A DNA stretch of 24,598 nt from positions 1-24,598 of the IMG/VR virus record IMGVR_UViG_3300025267_000112; one strand, given 5' to 3'. Shown here one piece after another: positions 1 through 7,675 of this stretch. Origin of the DNA: a virus. Lineage: Duplodnaviria; Caudoviricetes. The notes beneath the pieces are model-generated. The model was not told the DNA's origin and did no database searches. It saw only the letters and a list, made by a program, of their open reading frames with translations. Position 1 is the stretch's first letter; the number at the start of each line of letters is the position of its first letter. The position numbers were made by a program, and so were the translations under genes.

Positions 1-1
1 C

Positions 2-712
2 CATGTTCCGTGGGAATGGACCCGATACGAGGCCATTGACCCGCATGGATCGAGACCATCGTGTATTGTTTTCTGTGCTGTTAATCGTGAAGGACGGAGA
101 TTTTACTATGATCAGCTTGTGGTGGACGGTGGCCCGAGGGAACTGGTTCAGGCTATCAAGTCCAAAAGGGCTGAACACGGCGGAAGCGACCCCATATGGA
201 CCGTGATAGATCGGAAAGCTGCCGAAGAACCTTCCGTGGTTAGCGGAACAAGGACATCCTGGAAGCGGGAACTTGAGAGGGCCGGACTCAGAAACATTAA
301 ACTGAGCAATTCGTCTCCTGGTTCTGTGGGAATCGGTGTGCGAATCGTGAAGAAGGGTCTTAAATCGGAGTACGACACGCTTGAGAAACGGGATATTCCT
401 TCGATCATGTTCTTTCGCGGGGCTTGCGGGAAGATAGAGGTCGGAAGGCAGGGTGAGAAGTATGGCTTGATTCACCAGATGCGAAGGGTCCAGTGGGATG
501 ATAGTTCGAGGCATTCTATTTATGAGAAATCAAGGGCTGACAAGTTGAAGGAGGTGAACAGGGACCATCCTGATTGTTTGCGGTATATCGAGGAACGTCT
601 TTCCACGCAGGGTCGTGCCTATGTGGAGCCGACATCCCGGTTCCGGCGCGACATAGAGGAGTCAAGGGAGAGGAGTGTCCGTCGTGGAATTGTCCAGAGT
701 ACGGGGTATTAG
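2..712 (+). CDS. terL: Terminase large subunit, C-terminal nuclease domain (5' partial)
   Basis: The frame is open from base 2 (HVPWEWTRYEAIDPHGSRPSCIVFCAVNREGRRFYYDQL), upstream of the track's start at 119. The AIDPH, WTVIDRKA and RDHPDCLRY acidic motifs match the RNase H-like terminase nuclease, and the gene lies upstream of the portal. Confidence 0.88.
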   Translation, partial: HVPWEWTRYEAIDPHGSRPSCIVFCAVNREGRRFYYDQLVVDGGPRELVQAIKSKRAEHGGSDPIWTVIDRKAAEEPSVVSGTRTSWKRELERAGLRNIKLSNSSPGSVGIGVRIVKKGLKSEYDTLEKRDIPSIMFFRGACGKIEVGRQGEKYGLIHQMRRVQWDDSSRHSIYEKSRADKLKEVNRDHPDCLRYIEERLSTQGRAYVEPTSRFRRDIEESRERSVRRGIVQSTGY

Positions 713-723
713 GGGGAGACCAA

Positions 724-1065
724 ATGATTGACGGGGAAGATTATTTGTTTGAAGAGGCTCTGCCCGAGGAGGCTTCCATTGGACCTCAATCCACAAGACT
801 AAGATCCATACCTCTTTCCAATGAGCAGAAAAAGGAGCTGAAACAGGCGCAAGCCCGGATCAAGAGCGGGCCGGTTCGCCCACGGGCCGGAATGCGTGTT
901 CTATTTGTCCTGGGACATGACATGAGTTTGCACGACGGTATTGTCGAGGAAGTCGCCCTGTCCAGGAATTTCGTTTGCCTGAGTGGTGATTCTGACGGCA
1001 GGCCGTGGAAAAGATGGGTTGAGAGGCAGCAAGTACTCGAAGAGCTTGAGGCAAATCCCCATTAA
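724..1065 (+). CDS. Hypothetical protein (113 aa), possible small beta-barrel C-terminus
   Basis: ATG at 724 follows GGGGGAGA just after the terL stop. The track's start at 574 overlaps terL and is unlikely. The AGMRVLF...DGIVEEV...RWVER pattern suggests an SH3/Tudor-like fold (inference). Confidence 0.65.
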   Translation: MIDGEDYLFEEALPEEASIGPQSTRLRSIPLSNEQKKELKQAQARIKSGPVRPRAGMRVLFVLGHDMSLHDGIVEEVALSRNFVCLSGDSDGRPWKRWVERQQVLEELEANPH

Positions 1066-1089
1066 ACCCCTACCCCCCCCATTCAAAAC

Positions 1090-1214
1090 GTCACAACGTC
1101 ACAACCCAATACTGGCAAGGGTTTCAGCGAATTTCAAACCGTAACAGAGGGGGGTCATGTTACGGTTGAAGATCCCCGAAAACCCTTGCCAGTAAACGAT
1201 TGTTACGCTGTTAC
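1090..1214. repeat. 125-bp imperfect palindrome centred on 1152
   Basis: Perfect arms TACTGGCAAGGGTTT 1110-1124 / 1180-1194 and AACCGTAACA 1137-1146 / 1158-1167, plus outer arms 1090-1104 / 1200-1214 (12/15). All three pairs share one centre. Confidence 0.92.
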
Positions 1215-1451
1215 ACTTCAGAGTACCCCCCAGCCAGCCGGACTCCCCGTGCAAAAACAGACCCTGTAAACAGCAATCAAGTATACCCCCGCGAATACGT
1301 ACCATCCCCCTATATGGGAACAAACTTCCCATTTGATGCTGTCCGAGCCCATTCGTACACAGTAATGGCCGGGGGGGGGTCTATCCCCCCGGGATCGCAC
1401 GCACCAGTTCACACCTGAGCTGTCTGGGATATTAACCGGACAGACCGGATG

Positions 1452-1494
1452 AAACCACGCACCAGACAAACCAGGTTTCTTTGGTGCGTGGTTT
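1452..1494. repeat. Inverted repeat, 13-bp arms
   Basis: AAACCACGCACCA 1452-1464 and TGGTGCGTGGTTT 1482-1494. Confidence 0.9.
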
Positions 1495-1552
1495 GTTTTC
1501 AAGTATATCCTCATGATTCATTTTGTCTTATGAGGATATACTTGAAAACAAA
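1492..1552. repeat. Perfect inverted repeat, 23-bp arms with 15-nt spacer
   Basis: TTTGTTTTCAAGTATATCCTCAT 1492-1514 and ATGAGGATATACTTGAAAACAAA 1530-1552. Confidence 0.95.
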
Positions 1553-1627
1553 GGAGTTATGGGATAGAACAGAATTCCCGCAAAACCCGTTCTATTTTGT
1601 TCCTTTGACAAATGAACCCGATTCATC

Positions 1628-1668
1628 AAAAAAACTTGTTGACACGTTGCTTTGAAAGGATGTATATC
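1628..1668 (+). promoter_or_regulatory. Putative sigma70-type promoter for the head/tail operon
   Basis: TTGACA 1639-1644, 18-nt spacer, TATATC 1663-1668 and an upstream A-tract 1628-1634, about 47 nt before the ATG at 1715. Confidence 0.5.
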
Positions 1669-1714
1669 CGAAATGGGCAGATGAAATTTAGGCTTTCCTT
1701 TTCTGGAGACAAGA

Positions 1715-1957
1715 ATGTCAATTCTGGACAAGAAGAAAAAGGCTATTGAAAAAGATCAGAAGAAGATTGCCGCCGCAAAGCCGGTATCGTCCAAGATACC
1801 CAATCCGGCGGCAATGCAGAAATTTGTTGATGCTTGCAACCGGGCAATTCCCGGTGATGGCTCCATCTCGGATGCCGAGGCGAAGGCAATCATGGCCGGG
1901 AAGGGCGCGGGTACGATCAAGTCTGTCGAGGCCCGAACCGGAGCGAAAATCCTGTAA
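1715..1957 (+). CDS. Hypothetical protein (80 aa, Lys/Ala-rich)
   Basis: GGAGA Shine-Dalgarno before the ATG; first ORF after the putative promoter. Confidence 0.7.
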   Translation: MSILDKKKKAIEKDQKKIAAAKPVSSKIPNPAAMQKFVDACNRAIPGDGSISDAEAKAIMAGKGAGTIKSVEARTGAKIL

Positions 1958-1967
1958 GGAGACAGAA

Positions 1968-2219
1968 ATGCCGAAAGGTGACCATAACTATGTGAAGCCA
2001 GACACCCGTGGACCCTCCAATCAGAAGGGCCACGTTCTGCCTGGAACTATGAGTTTTGGATCTAGTGCTTCCACCAAAAGCGGAATCAATATGCCGCAGA
2101 TTGCCTCAAGCGGGGCGGCGCAAGGTTCTGTTGACTCCGTGCAACCATCATCGGGTAGCGATGGCGGGAAGATTTCCCTTAAAGCTGGACGGGACTCCAA
2201 GAGGGCATCGAGAACATAA
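1968..2219 (+). CDS. Hypothetical protein (83 aa, Ser/Gly-rich, likely disordered)
   Basis: TAAGGAGA Shine-Dalgarno overlaps the previous stop, with ATG at 1968 (MPKGDHNY...). The track's start at 1746 is unlikely. Confidence 0.7.
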   Translation: MPKGDHNYVKPDTRGPSNQKGHVLPGTMSFGSSASTKSGINMPQIASSGAAQGSVDSVQPSSGSDGGKISLKAGRDSKRASRT

Positions 2220-2258
2220 TCCATGCCCATCCGCTGAAATCACAATCGGAGGTGAGTG

Positions 2259-2609
2259 ATGAGCCCAAGGCTTCGAAGCCGTGATAATTCAAAAAAGACC
2301 AAAAGACCAGGAAGAATAGACAAGGAACTGAAGAAGTTCAGGGCCACAGAGCCCAGTGACGATGCTTGCAGAAACCTTCTCTCGGCGGTGGTTCTTCAGG
2401 CCGTCAGGGACTACCAGATTGACCCGAGCCGATGCCACGTCTCTGAGCGACTGGAAGGACTGAAACTGTGGAAGGCCGAGGCCACGGCATGGATATTCGG
2501 AAAACCAGCAGACAAGAAGACGTCCCGATTGAAATTTGAAGATTGCTGCGATCTCCTGGACCTTGATCTCGGAGATGTAAGAAAAAGACTGAAGGAAGGT
2601 GTCGCTTAG
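2259..2609 (+). CDS. Phage hypothetical protein, helical, basic N-terminus
   Basis: Strong GGAGGTGA Shine-Dalgarno. The pattern LLSAVVLQAVRDY...ATAWIF...FEDCCDLLDLD..VRKRL resembles small uncharacterised phage proteins as I recall them; function unknown. Confidence 0.75.
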   Translation: MSPRLRSRDNSKKTKRPGRIDKELKKFRATEPSDDACRNLLSAVVLQAVRDYQIDPSRCHVSERLEGLKLWKAEATAWIFGKPADKKTSRLKFEDCCDLLDLDLGDVRKRLKEGVA

Positions 2610-2618
2610 GGGCCATAA

Positions 2619-5102
2619 TTGCTTGATGATATTGAAGAATCAGCATCTGTAGCCATCGATCTCGACGCTCCCGTACCAGGTCGGTCGGATGAGGAGCGGC
2701 CAGAGATAGAAATCCGGTTAAGCAAGACCGAGCGGGAGAAGATTGCCCGCATGGTCATTGCTGATGCCAAGGCTGGCATGGAAGCCAGGTCCGACTGGTT
2801 ATCGAAACGCCGTGACGCGATCAAGCGTCTGGAGATGGAAACCGAGTCCAAGACCTGGCCCTGGGAGGGCGCATCCAACATAAAGCTCCCTGCCGTTGCC
2901 GTTGCTTCGTTTGCCACCGCCGCCCGTTACATGGCTTCAATCTTCGGTGTCTCCCAGATCATGGACGTGACGGCGGTTGGATCTGATGACATTTCGAGAA
3001 TTCCTGCCGCCCGCCAGTTTGTTGAATGGCTTGTTACCGATGACCGCTTGAATCTCTACGAAAAACTCGATGAGTTCGCCGCCGCAATTCCCCCAAGGGG
3101 AGATTACGCGGCGCATGTTTACTGGAAACGCCAGGTTCGAAACATCCCGAGCGTCATTACAGACCTGGATGGAAATGAATTCATTGAAAAGCAGGAAGAG
3201 GTTATCTTTGAGGGCGCATGGGTTGACATGATTGACACGGAAAATGTCATCCTTCCCTCGGACGCAACGGGGGTTCAGGCGGGAGAGGCTGACTGGGTCA
3301 TTCTTCAGGTCTGGTTGCCCTTCGATGCCATCGCCAGACGGTACAAGACCGGCGCATACAATGTCATGACCCGCAAGGATTTCGAGAGTGTCAAGCAATT
3401 CGAGAAGCGGGATGATAGCTCGTCTCCGACCGAAACGAAAGAGGAACAGGATTCAAGCGAGGGTGTCATCTCCACTCCGGGCCGCAACAAGCGAAGAGCC
3501 TACAAGTGGCACGGGGCTTATGACATTGACAAGGACGGATTGCTCGAAGAGGTGGTTTTCACCGTTCACGTCGAGACGGAAACGCTTCTCCAGGCCGCTT
3601 ATCTTGATGAGGTGCATCCGCACGGGAAACGCCCAATCGTCATTGGCAGATATACCCCTCGCCCGCAGTCACCCTATGGAAAAGGTGTGGCTGAATGGAT
3701 CGGCCATCTGGACGACATCACCAATACCCTTCTGAACCAGTTCATCGACAGGGCGACGCTCATCAATGCGATGACCGGGGCTTACGAGTCGGATTCTCTT
3801 GAAGAAGGCCCGATCACACTCGAACTTGGAAAGCTCATCCCGGTTCCCGAAGGTGCAAGAATTACCTTCCCGACACTTCCAGATTATGGCCCCGTGTTCA
3901 GTACGCTTATACAGTTCATCGAGAGAAAGACCGAGACTGTTACCGGGGTGTCTGACGCTTTTCTTGGAAAGCTGAATCCAAGCTCAAGGGCATCCGCCGC
4001 CGAATTCCAGGGAACGCTCGGCGAAGGTGCGATGGGTTTTGAGATCAAGAACAGGCGGTTCCAGTCCGCCGCCAGTGAAATCATCACCATGATGTTTCAG
4101 CTTTACCAGGCATTCATGCCGGACGGATTCGAGATCAAGGTCAATCCCAAACTCGCGCAACAGATTCAACCGGGCCAAGGCCCTGGTGGGCCACCGCAAC
4201 CGGGCCAAGGCCCTGGTGGGCAACCCCAGCCGGGAATGAACCCGCAAGAACAGCAAATGATGATGGCTCTTCAGCAAGGCCAGGGCATGAACGGTCAGGC
4301 GCAGATGGGCATGAGTCCCGAAGAGCAGATGATGGCCGCTACACAACAAGAGCCGGGAGGCGGCGGACCTCCGCTTGCCCCGCAAGCCAAAATGGGCCTT
4401 GGTATTCCGCCCCACCTATCGGGACAGCAACATCCGCTAAATCCATTCAGGGAATTCACCCGCGAGGAGATCAGGGGCCAGTTTGATTTCCGGTTCCTTG
4501 GCGACCCGGTGTCCGGGAACAAGCAACTGAGAATGCAACAGTCAATGCTTCTTTCCCAGAGCCTTCTTCCGGTGCTTGCACAGGTCTATCCACCCGGAGT
4601 GGTCACATATATTCGGTCAATGCTCCATGATTTCAATAGAAAAGACGCAGACGAGATTCTGCCGGATAAGGTAATTCAACTGCTGGAACAGCAAGCCCAG
4701 TCAGCGAGCCAGATGCAGGAACTCCAGGCTCAACTGATGAAGGCCGAGGCACAGTTGGAGCAGGCGAAGGGACAGGCCGAGATCGAAGTGAGCAAGGCCA
4801 ATGTTCAGGACATCATCGCCCGCGCACAGGAGAGGATAGCAAGGATAAGAATGGATCTACAGGCGGGCGTTGCGGATATTCAGCTCAAGTCCCAACAGAT
4901 CAAAAAAGCTGTTGTTGATACGGATGCCGTGGATGTGGCATCTTTCAACGCCCTAAACCAGGCGGGTCGGGAGGAAATGAATGGAACTGCCAATGGAGGG
5001 CCCGCCCCAGTTCCGGGACGACGAGCAGGGGATACAGGCCCGCCACCTGTGGAATATGAAGAGGACACCGGGATGGGAGATTTTGAAGTTCCACCTGAAT
5101 AG
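2619..5102 (+). CDS. Portal protein with long C-terminal coiled coil
   Basis: 827 aa. PWEGASNIKLP N-terminal motif, YTPRPQSPYGKGVAE...NTLLNQFID motif, ETVTGVSDAFLG...SAAE motif, and a Gln/Ala coiled-coil tail as in P22-type portals. The TTG start is uncertain. Confidence 0.9.
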   Translation: MLDDIEESASVAIDLDAPVPGRSDEERPEIEIRLSKTEREKIARMVIADAKAGMEARSDWLSKRRDAIKRLEMETESKTWPWEGASNIKLPAVAVASFATAARYMASIFGVSQIMDVTAVGSDDISRIPAARQFVEWLVTDDRLNLYEKLDEFAAAIPPRGDYAAHVYWKRQVRNIPSVITDLDGNEFIEKQEEVIFEGAWVDMIDTENVILPSDATGVQAGEADWVILQVWLPFDAIARRYKTGAYNVMTRKDFESVKQFEKRDDSSSPTETKEEQDSSEGVISTPGRNKRRAYKWHGAYDIDKDGLLEEVVFTVHVETETLLQAAYLDEVHPHGKRPIVIGRYTPRPQSPYGKGVAEWIGHLDDITNTLLNQFIDRATLINAMTGAYESDSLEEGPITLELGKLIPVPEGARITFPTLPDYGPVFSTLIQFIERKTETVTGVSDAFLGKLNPSSRASAAEFQGTLGEGAMGFEIKNRRFQSAASEIITMMFQLYQAFMPDGFEIKVNPKLAQQIQPGQGPGGPPQPGQGPGGQPQPGMNPQEQQMMMALQQGQGMNGQAQMGMSPEEQMMAATQQEPGGGGPPLAPQAKMGLGIPPHLSGQQHPLNPFREFTREEIRGQFDFRFLGDPVSGNKQLRMQQSMLLSQSLLPVLAQVYPPGVVTYIRSMLHDFNRKDADEILPDKVIQLLEQQAQSASQMQELQAQLMKAEAQLEQAKGQAEIEVSKANVQDIIARAQERIARIRMDLQAGVADIQLKSQQIKKAVVDTDAVDVASFNALNQAGREEMNGTANGGPAPVPGRRAGDTGPPPVEYEEDTGMGDFEVPPE
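3684..3745 (+). repeat. Direct repeat copy 1 (inside the portal gene) of 19147-19208
   Basis: 59/62 identical, ungapped; mismatches at 3710/19173, 3728/19191 and 3731/19194. Confidence 0.97.
4167..4226 (+). repeat. Tandem 30-bp repeat x2 encoding QPGQGPGG(P/Q)P in the portal
   Basis: CAACCGGGCCAAGGCCCTGGTGGGC starts at both 4167 and 4197. Confidence 0.9.
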
Positions 5103-5271
5103 AGAAATTGAATACGTGGAACGGCAAGTGATGAAAGCGGAGGTTTCAAAGGGAACGCGGGAATTCTATGCAGGGGAAATGTTTTTCGGAAAGAAGAAAA
5201 TCTTTCAGTGGTTGGAAAAGGGAATTGAGATTGGAAAACAAGGATCAAGGGGAGAATTGAAAGATGGCTGA
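4981..5271 (+). CDS. Small portal-adjacent phage protein (96 aa)
   Basis: GGGAGG Shine-Dalgarno before ATG 4981. The TPGWEIL motif resembles the small genes found between portal and scaffold in podovirus-like phages. Overlaps the portal by 122 nt. Confidence 0.7.
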   Translation: MELPMEGPPQFRDDEQGIQARHLWNMKRTPGWEILKFHLNREIEYVERQVMKAEVSKGTREFYAGEMFFGKKKIFQWLEKGIEIGKQGSRGELKDG

Positions 5272-6148
5272 TGATGTGACTGAACCCGAAGCCCCCGAAA
5301 CGGGAGAACCGGAGGGTTCACAAGGCGTCGAGGACACGCCTTCCCAACTACCTGAGAGCCCTCCAGAGGAGACGACCTCTCAGGAAACAGAGGAAGAAGT
5401 TCTCATTGGCGGGCGGTTTCGGCCAGACCAAGTGACCGAGATCGATGAGACCATCCGGTATGCTGACCGGCAACGACAGGAGAATTCAGAACTCAGGGCG
5501 CGCCTGGAACAAGTCGAAAGAAACCAGGCTCCCCAGCAGGAACCACGAGAGCGAACACCCGAAGCGGAGATTGCCGACGTAAGGGCCATGTTCGAGGCGG
5601 GCGAACTCGCGGAAGTGGATTATCTGGAGCATCTGTCCGACATCAAGGACCGCCAGCGGCACAAGGTTGACGCTTATGCACGACAAGCCTATGCCATACA
5701 GGAACGGGCCAATACATCACTCCAGTCCGAATACCCAGATTATGCAACTGCTGGCACATCTCAGAACGAGGAAACAGTTCGTTTCATGGGCCAGTGGTCG
5801 CAGGATTACGGTGAGGACTTGAGCAAGAATCCAAGGGGTGCGGCTATTGTCAAGAAGCACCTGGATTCCGTGTTCGGAGCCAAGGAAGCAGAGGTTCGCG
5901 GTAGGCAAAACGAATCTCAGCGCAGACAGCGGGTTTCCCGTCATCTGGATGGAGTGGATCGTGTTGGTGGGTCCAAGGAACCGGACGTGCCGGACTTGGT
6001 TCTCAAGGGGGGTGTAGACCGAGATATGATGAAAACCCTCGGATACGACCCCGATAGCCAGGAAGATCTCCGAAGGTTTGCCGGTGCGGCGGCTCCGGCG
6101 ACTATGGAGAGGATGTTTAAAAATCCCGAGGCTATGGTAGGCCGATGA
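5264..6148 (+). CDS. Putative capsid scaffolding protein
   Basis: Very acidic Pro/Glu/Thr N-terminus followed by a coiled coil (RQENSELRARLEQVE); lies between portal and capsid genes. Confidence 0.7.
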   Translation: MADDVTEPEAPETGEPEGSQGVEDTPSQLPESPPEETTSQETEEEVLIGGRFRPDQVTEIDETIRYADRQRQENSELRARLEQVERNQAPQQEPRERTPEAEIADVRAMFEAGELAEVDYLEHLSDIKDRQRHKVDAYARQAYAIQERANTSLQSEYPDYATAGTSQNEETVRFMGQWSQDYGEDLSKNPRGAAIVKKHLDSVFGAKEAEVRGRQNESQRRQRVSRHLDGVDRVGGSKEPDVPDLVLKGGVDRDMMKTLGYDPDSQEDLRRFAGAAAPATMERMFKNPEAMVGR

Positions 6149-6414
6149 GGTCTCGCGGCCCGAATGCCGAACGCGATGAGCCTTACCGAATAAAGTGTTC
6201 GGTTTGTGGGTTCTCGGGAATTGACCTCCGCGTCCAATCCGTGGGGGGGTCGAGTACGGACACCGGAAATACGGATGGAACGGCGAAAGATCCGGTGACT
6301 GTTCCTGCCGACAACCTTGGGGTTACTTCCGTTGCAAGGGCGACGGTTCAGTCTTCATCGAACTGCCCACACTGCGGAACGAATAACTTCATTGATGGAT
6401 CGCGGAGACGCTGA
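6145..6414 (+). CDS. Small Zn-ribbon-like protein
   Basis: CSVCG and CPHCG Cys pairs; ATGA overlap with the scaffold stop. Confidence 0.7.
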   Translation: MRSRGPNAERDEPYRIKCSVCGFSGIDLRVQSVGGSSTDTGNTDGTAKDPVTVPADNLGVTSVARATVQSSSNCPHCGTNNFIDGSRRR

Positions 6415-6415
6415 A

Positions 6416-6832
6416 ATGGCTATTCCGGTAAAGCCACCCACGCATATCAGCCGGAAACTGGTGGAAATGATCTTCAGGCTGATGCCGCTGGTTGGGCGTG
6501 GAAAGATGGCTGGAACCAGGGTGGACGATAGAATAGACCTCCGAATGCCAGTCTATCTCTGCGAGCTTTGCAATCGGAAACGGCTCAAGGCGCGAGGAAA
6601 TGCGTATGGGCTTGTGACCGACGTAACCGGAAAACCAAGAACAGCCTACACCAGATGCACGGCTTGTAATGCTGATTTCAGTATCTGTCATCAGTATTAC
6701 CCCGAAGAGAAGTTTCGGAAAGTCCATGCGCCCTGGTTCGGGTTGAAAAAGCCTCAAATGAAAGAGAACCGGGCAAGGCCAGCAACAGGCTTGCTCACCT
6801 CGGGGGATATCCCTGTTCGGCGAAGGAGATAA
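6416..6832 (+). CDS. Basic protein with two CxxC pairs (138 aa)
   Basis: ATG at 6416 one base after the previous stop, with GGAGA upstream; CELC and CTAC motifs. Confidence 0.7.
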   Translation: MAIPVKPPTHISRKLVEMIFRLMPLVGRGKMAGTRVDDRIDLRMPVYLCELCNRKRLKARGNAYGLVTDVTGKPRTAYTRCTACNADFSICHQYYPEEKFRKVHAPWFGLKKPQMKENRARPATGLLTSGDIPVRRRR

Positions 6833-6834
6833 GG

Positions 6835-7551
6835 ATGGAGTATTCAGGTGCTTTAAGTGGTGGTACGGCCCCTTTGGTCGCTACCTTCAAAGCGGGTGAA
6901 ACCTTGACGGCTGGGCGCGTGGTCAATAGTGAGACTACCGCTGGGACGGGTCAACTCGAAGCCGCTACCGCGACTGGATTTGTTGATTGCATGGGAACGG
7001 TCATGGCGGTTGGTGGCGGTGTCGGTGTTGGAAGAAACATCGGATCGCTTACCTATTCAACCACACAGGGTGACGCGGAAGGGCTTGCGGATGTGAATTG
7101 CGATCCCCACGCCATCTACCGTGGGCTTCTGAGTGGTGGTGCAACGGCGAATACCGCGTTGCAGGATCTCATCTCGACCTCCGCAGACACCAATGGACTG
7201 ACCATTACCGATGCGGATGTTGGGACTGCCACGATGGTGAATGGGACCGCTTGGCTGGCTGGCAACAAGGACGAGTCGAGAGTAATCGTCACGTTCAACT
7301 CGGCTACCAGCATCGTGGTTACGGTTCCGTTTTCCCAGGACATCGGGACAACGGAGACTTACCATTTCACTCCGATGTGTCCTGGCCGGACTGCGGCTGT
7401 CCAGCTTACGTCCACCCTTGACCAGATTAACTCTGCGATTGCGGTGGGAACTGGTGGGACGGCTCGATGCCAGAGTGTTGAACTCGATGGCGCAACAAAC
7501 AGCTTTGCGAACATCGTTTTCTCGAATCATTACTTCAGTCCGATTGACTGA
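6835..7551 (+). CDS. Putative capsid cement/decoration protein
   Basis: Thr/Gly/Ala-rich beta protein directly upstream of the major capsid gene, with ETLTAGRVV...DPHAIY and a terminal SNHYF pattern. Confidence 0.6.
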   Translation: MEYSGALSGGTAPLVATFKAGETLTAGRVVNSETTAGTGQLEAATATGFVDCMGTVMAVGGGVGVGRNIGSLTYSTTQGDAEGLADVNCDPHAIYRGLLSGGATANTALQDLISTSADTNGLTITDADVGTATMVNGTAWLAGNKDESRVIVTFNSATSIVVTVPFSQDIGTTETYHFTPMCPGRTAAVQLTSTLDQINSAIAVGTGGTARCQSVELDGATNSFANIVFSNHYFSPID

Positions 7552-7606
7552 TAGTCGGGAAACAATCTGACTTGCCAAGGTCGCTCCCTGGCAAGAACAT
7601 CGGGAT

Positions 7607-7647
7607 AAGGGGCCACTCGGGGCCGAGTACCTGGGTGGCCCCTTTTT
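7607..7647 (+). terminator. GC-rich hairpin with T5 tract (terminator- or attenuator-like)
   Basis: AAGGGGCCAC 7607-7616 pairs with GTGGCCCCTT 7635-7644, extends inward with G-U pairs, and runs into TTTTT 7643-7647. Confidence 0.55.
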
Positions 7648-7675
7648 CTCGTTATAAACCAGGAAGGAGATTAGC

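Noticed and set aside
1550-1567. Mini-ORF ATG-GGA-TAG behind AAAGGAG
   Set aside because: The Shine-Dalgarno to ATG spacing is only 2 nt.
1605-1633. Second TTGACA promoter
   Set aside because: No -10-like hexamer at 16-18 nt spacing.
1099-1731. Short track ORFs in the intergenic gap
   Set aside because: They overlap palindromes and homopolymer runs, lack Shine-Dalgarno sites and do not look protein-like.
7553-7647. c-di-GMP-II or other known riboswitch
   Set aside because: GGAAACAA is suggestive, but I could not find the remaining conserved elements; kept only as an unnamed structured leader.
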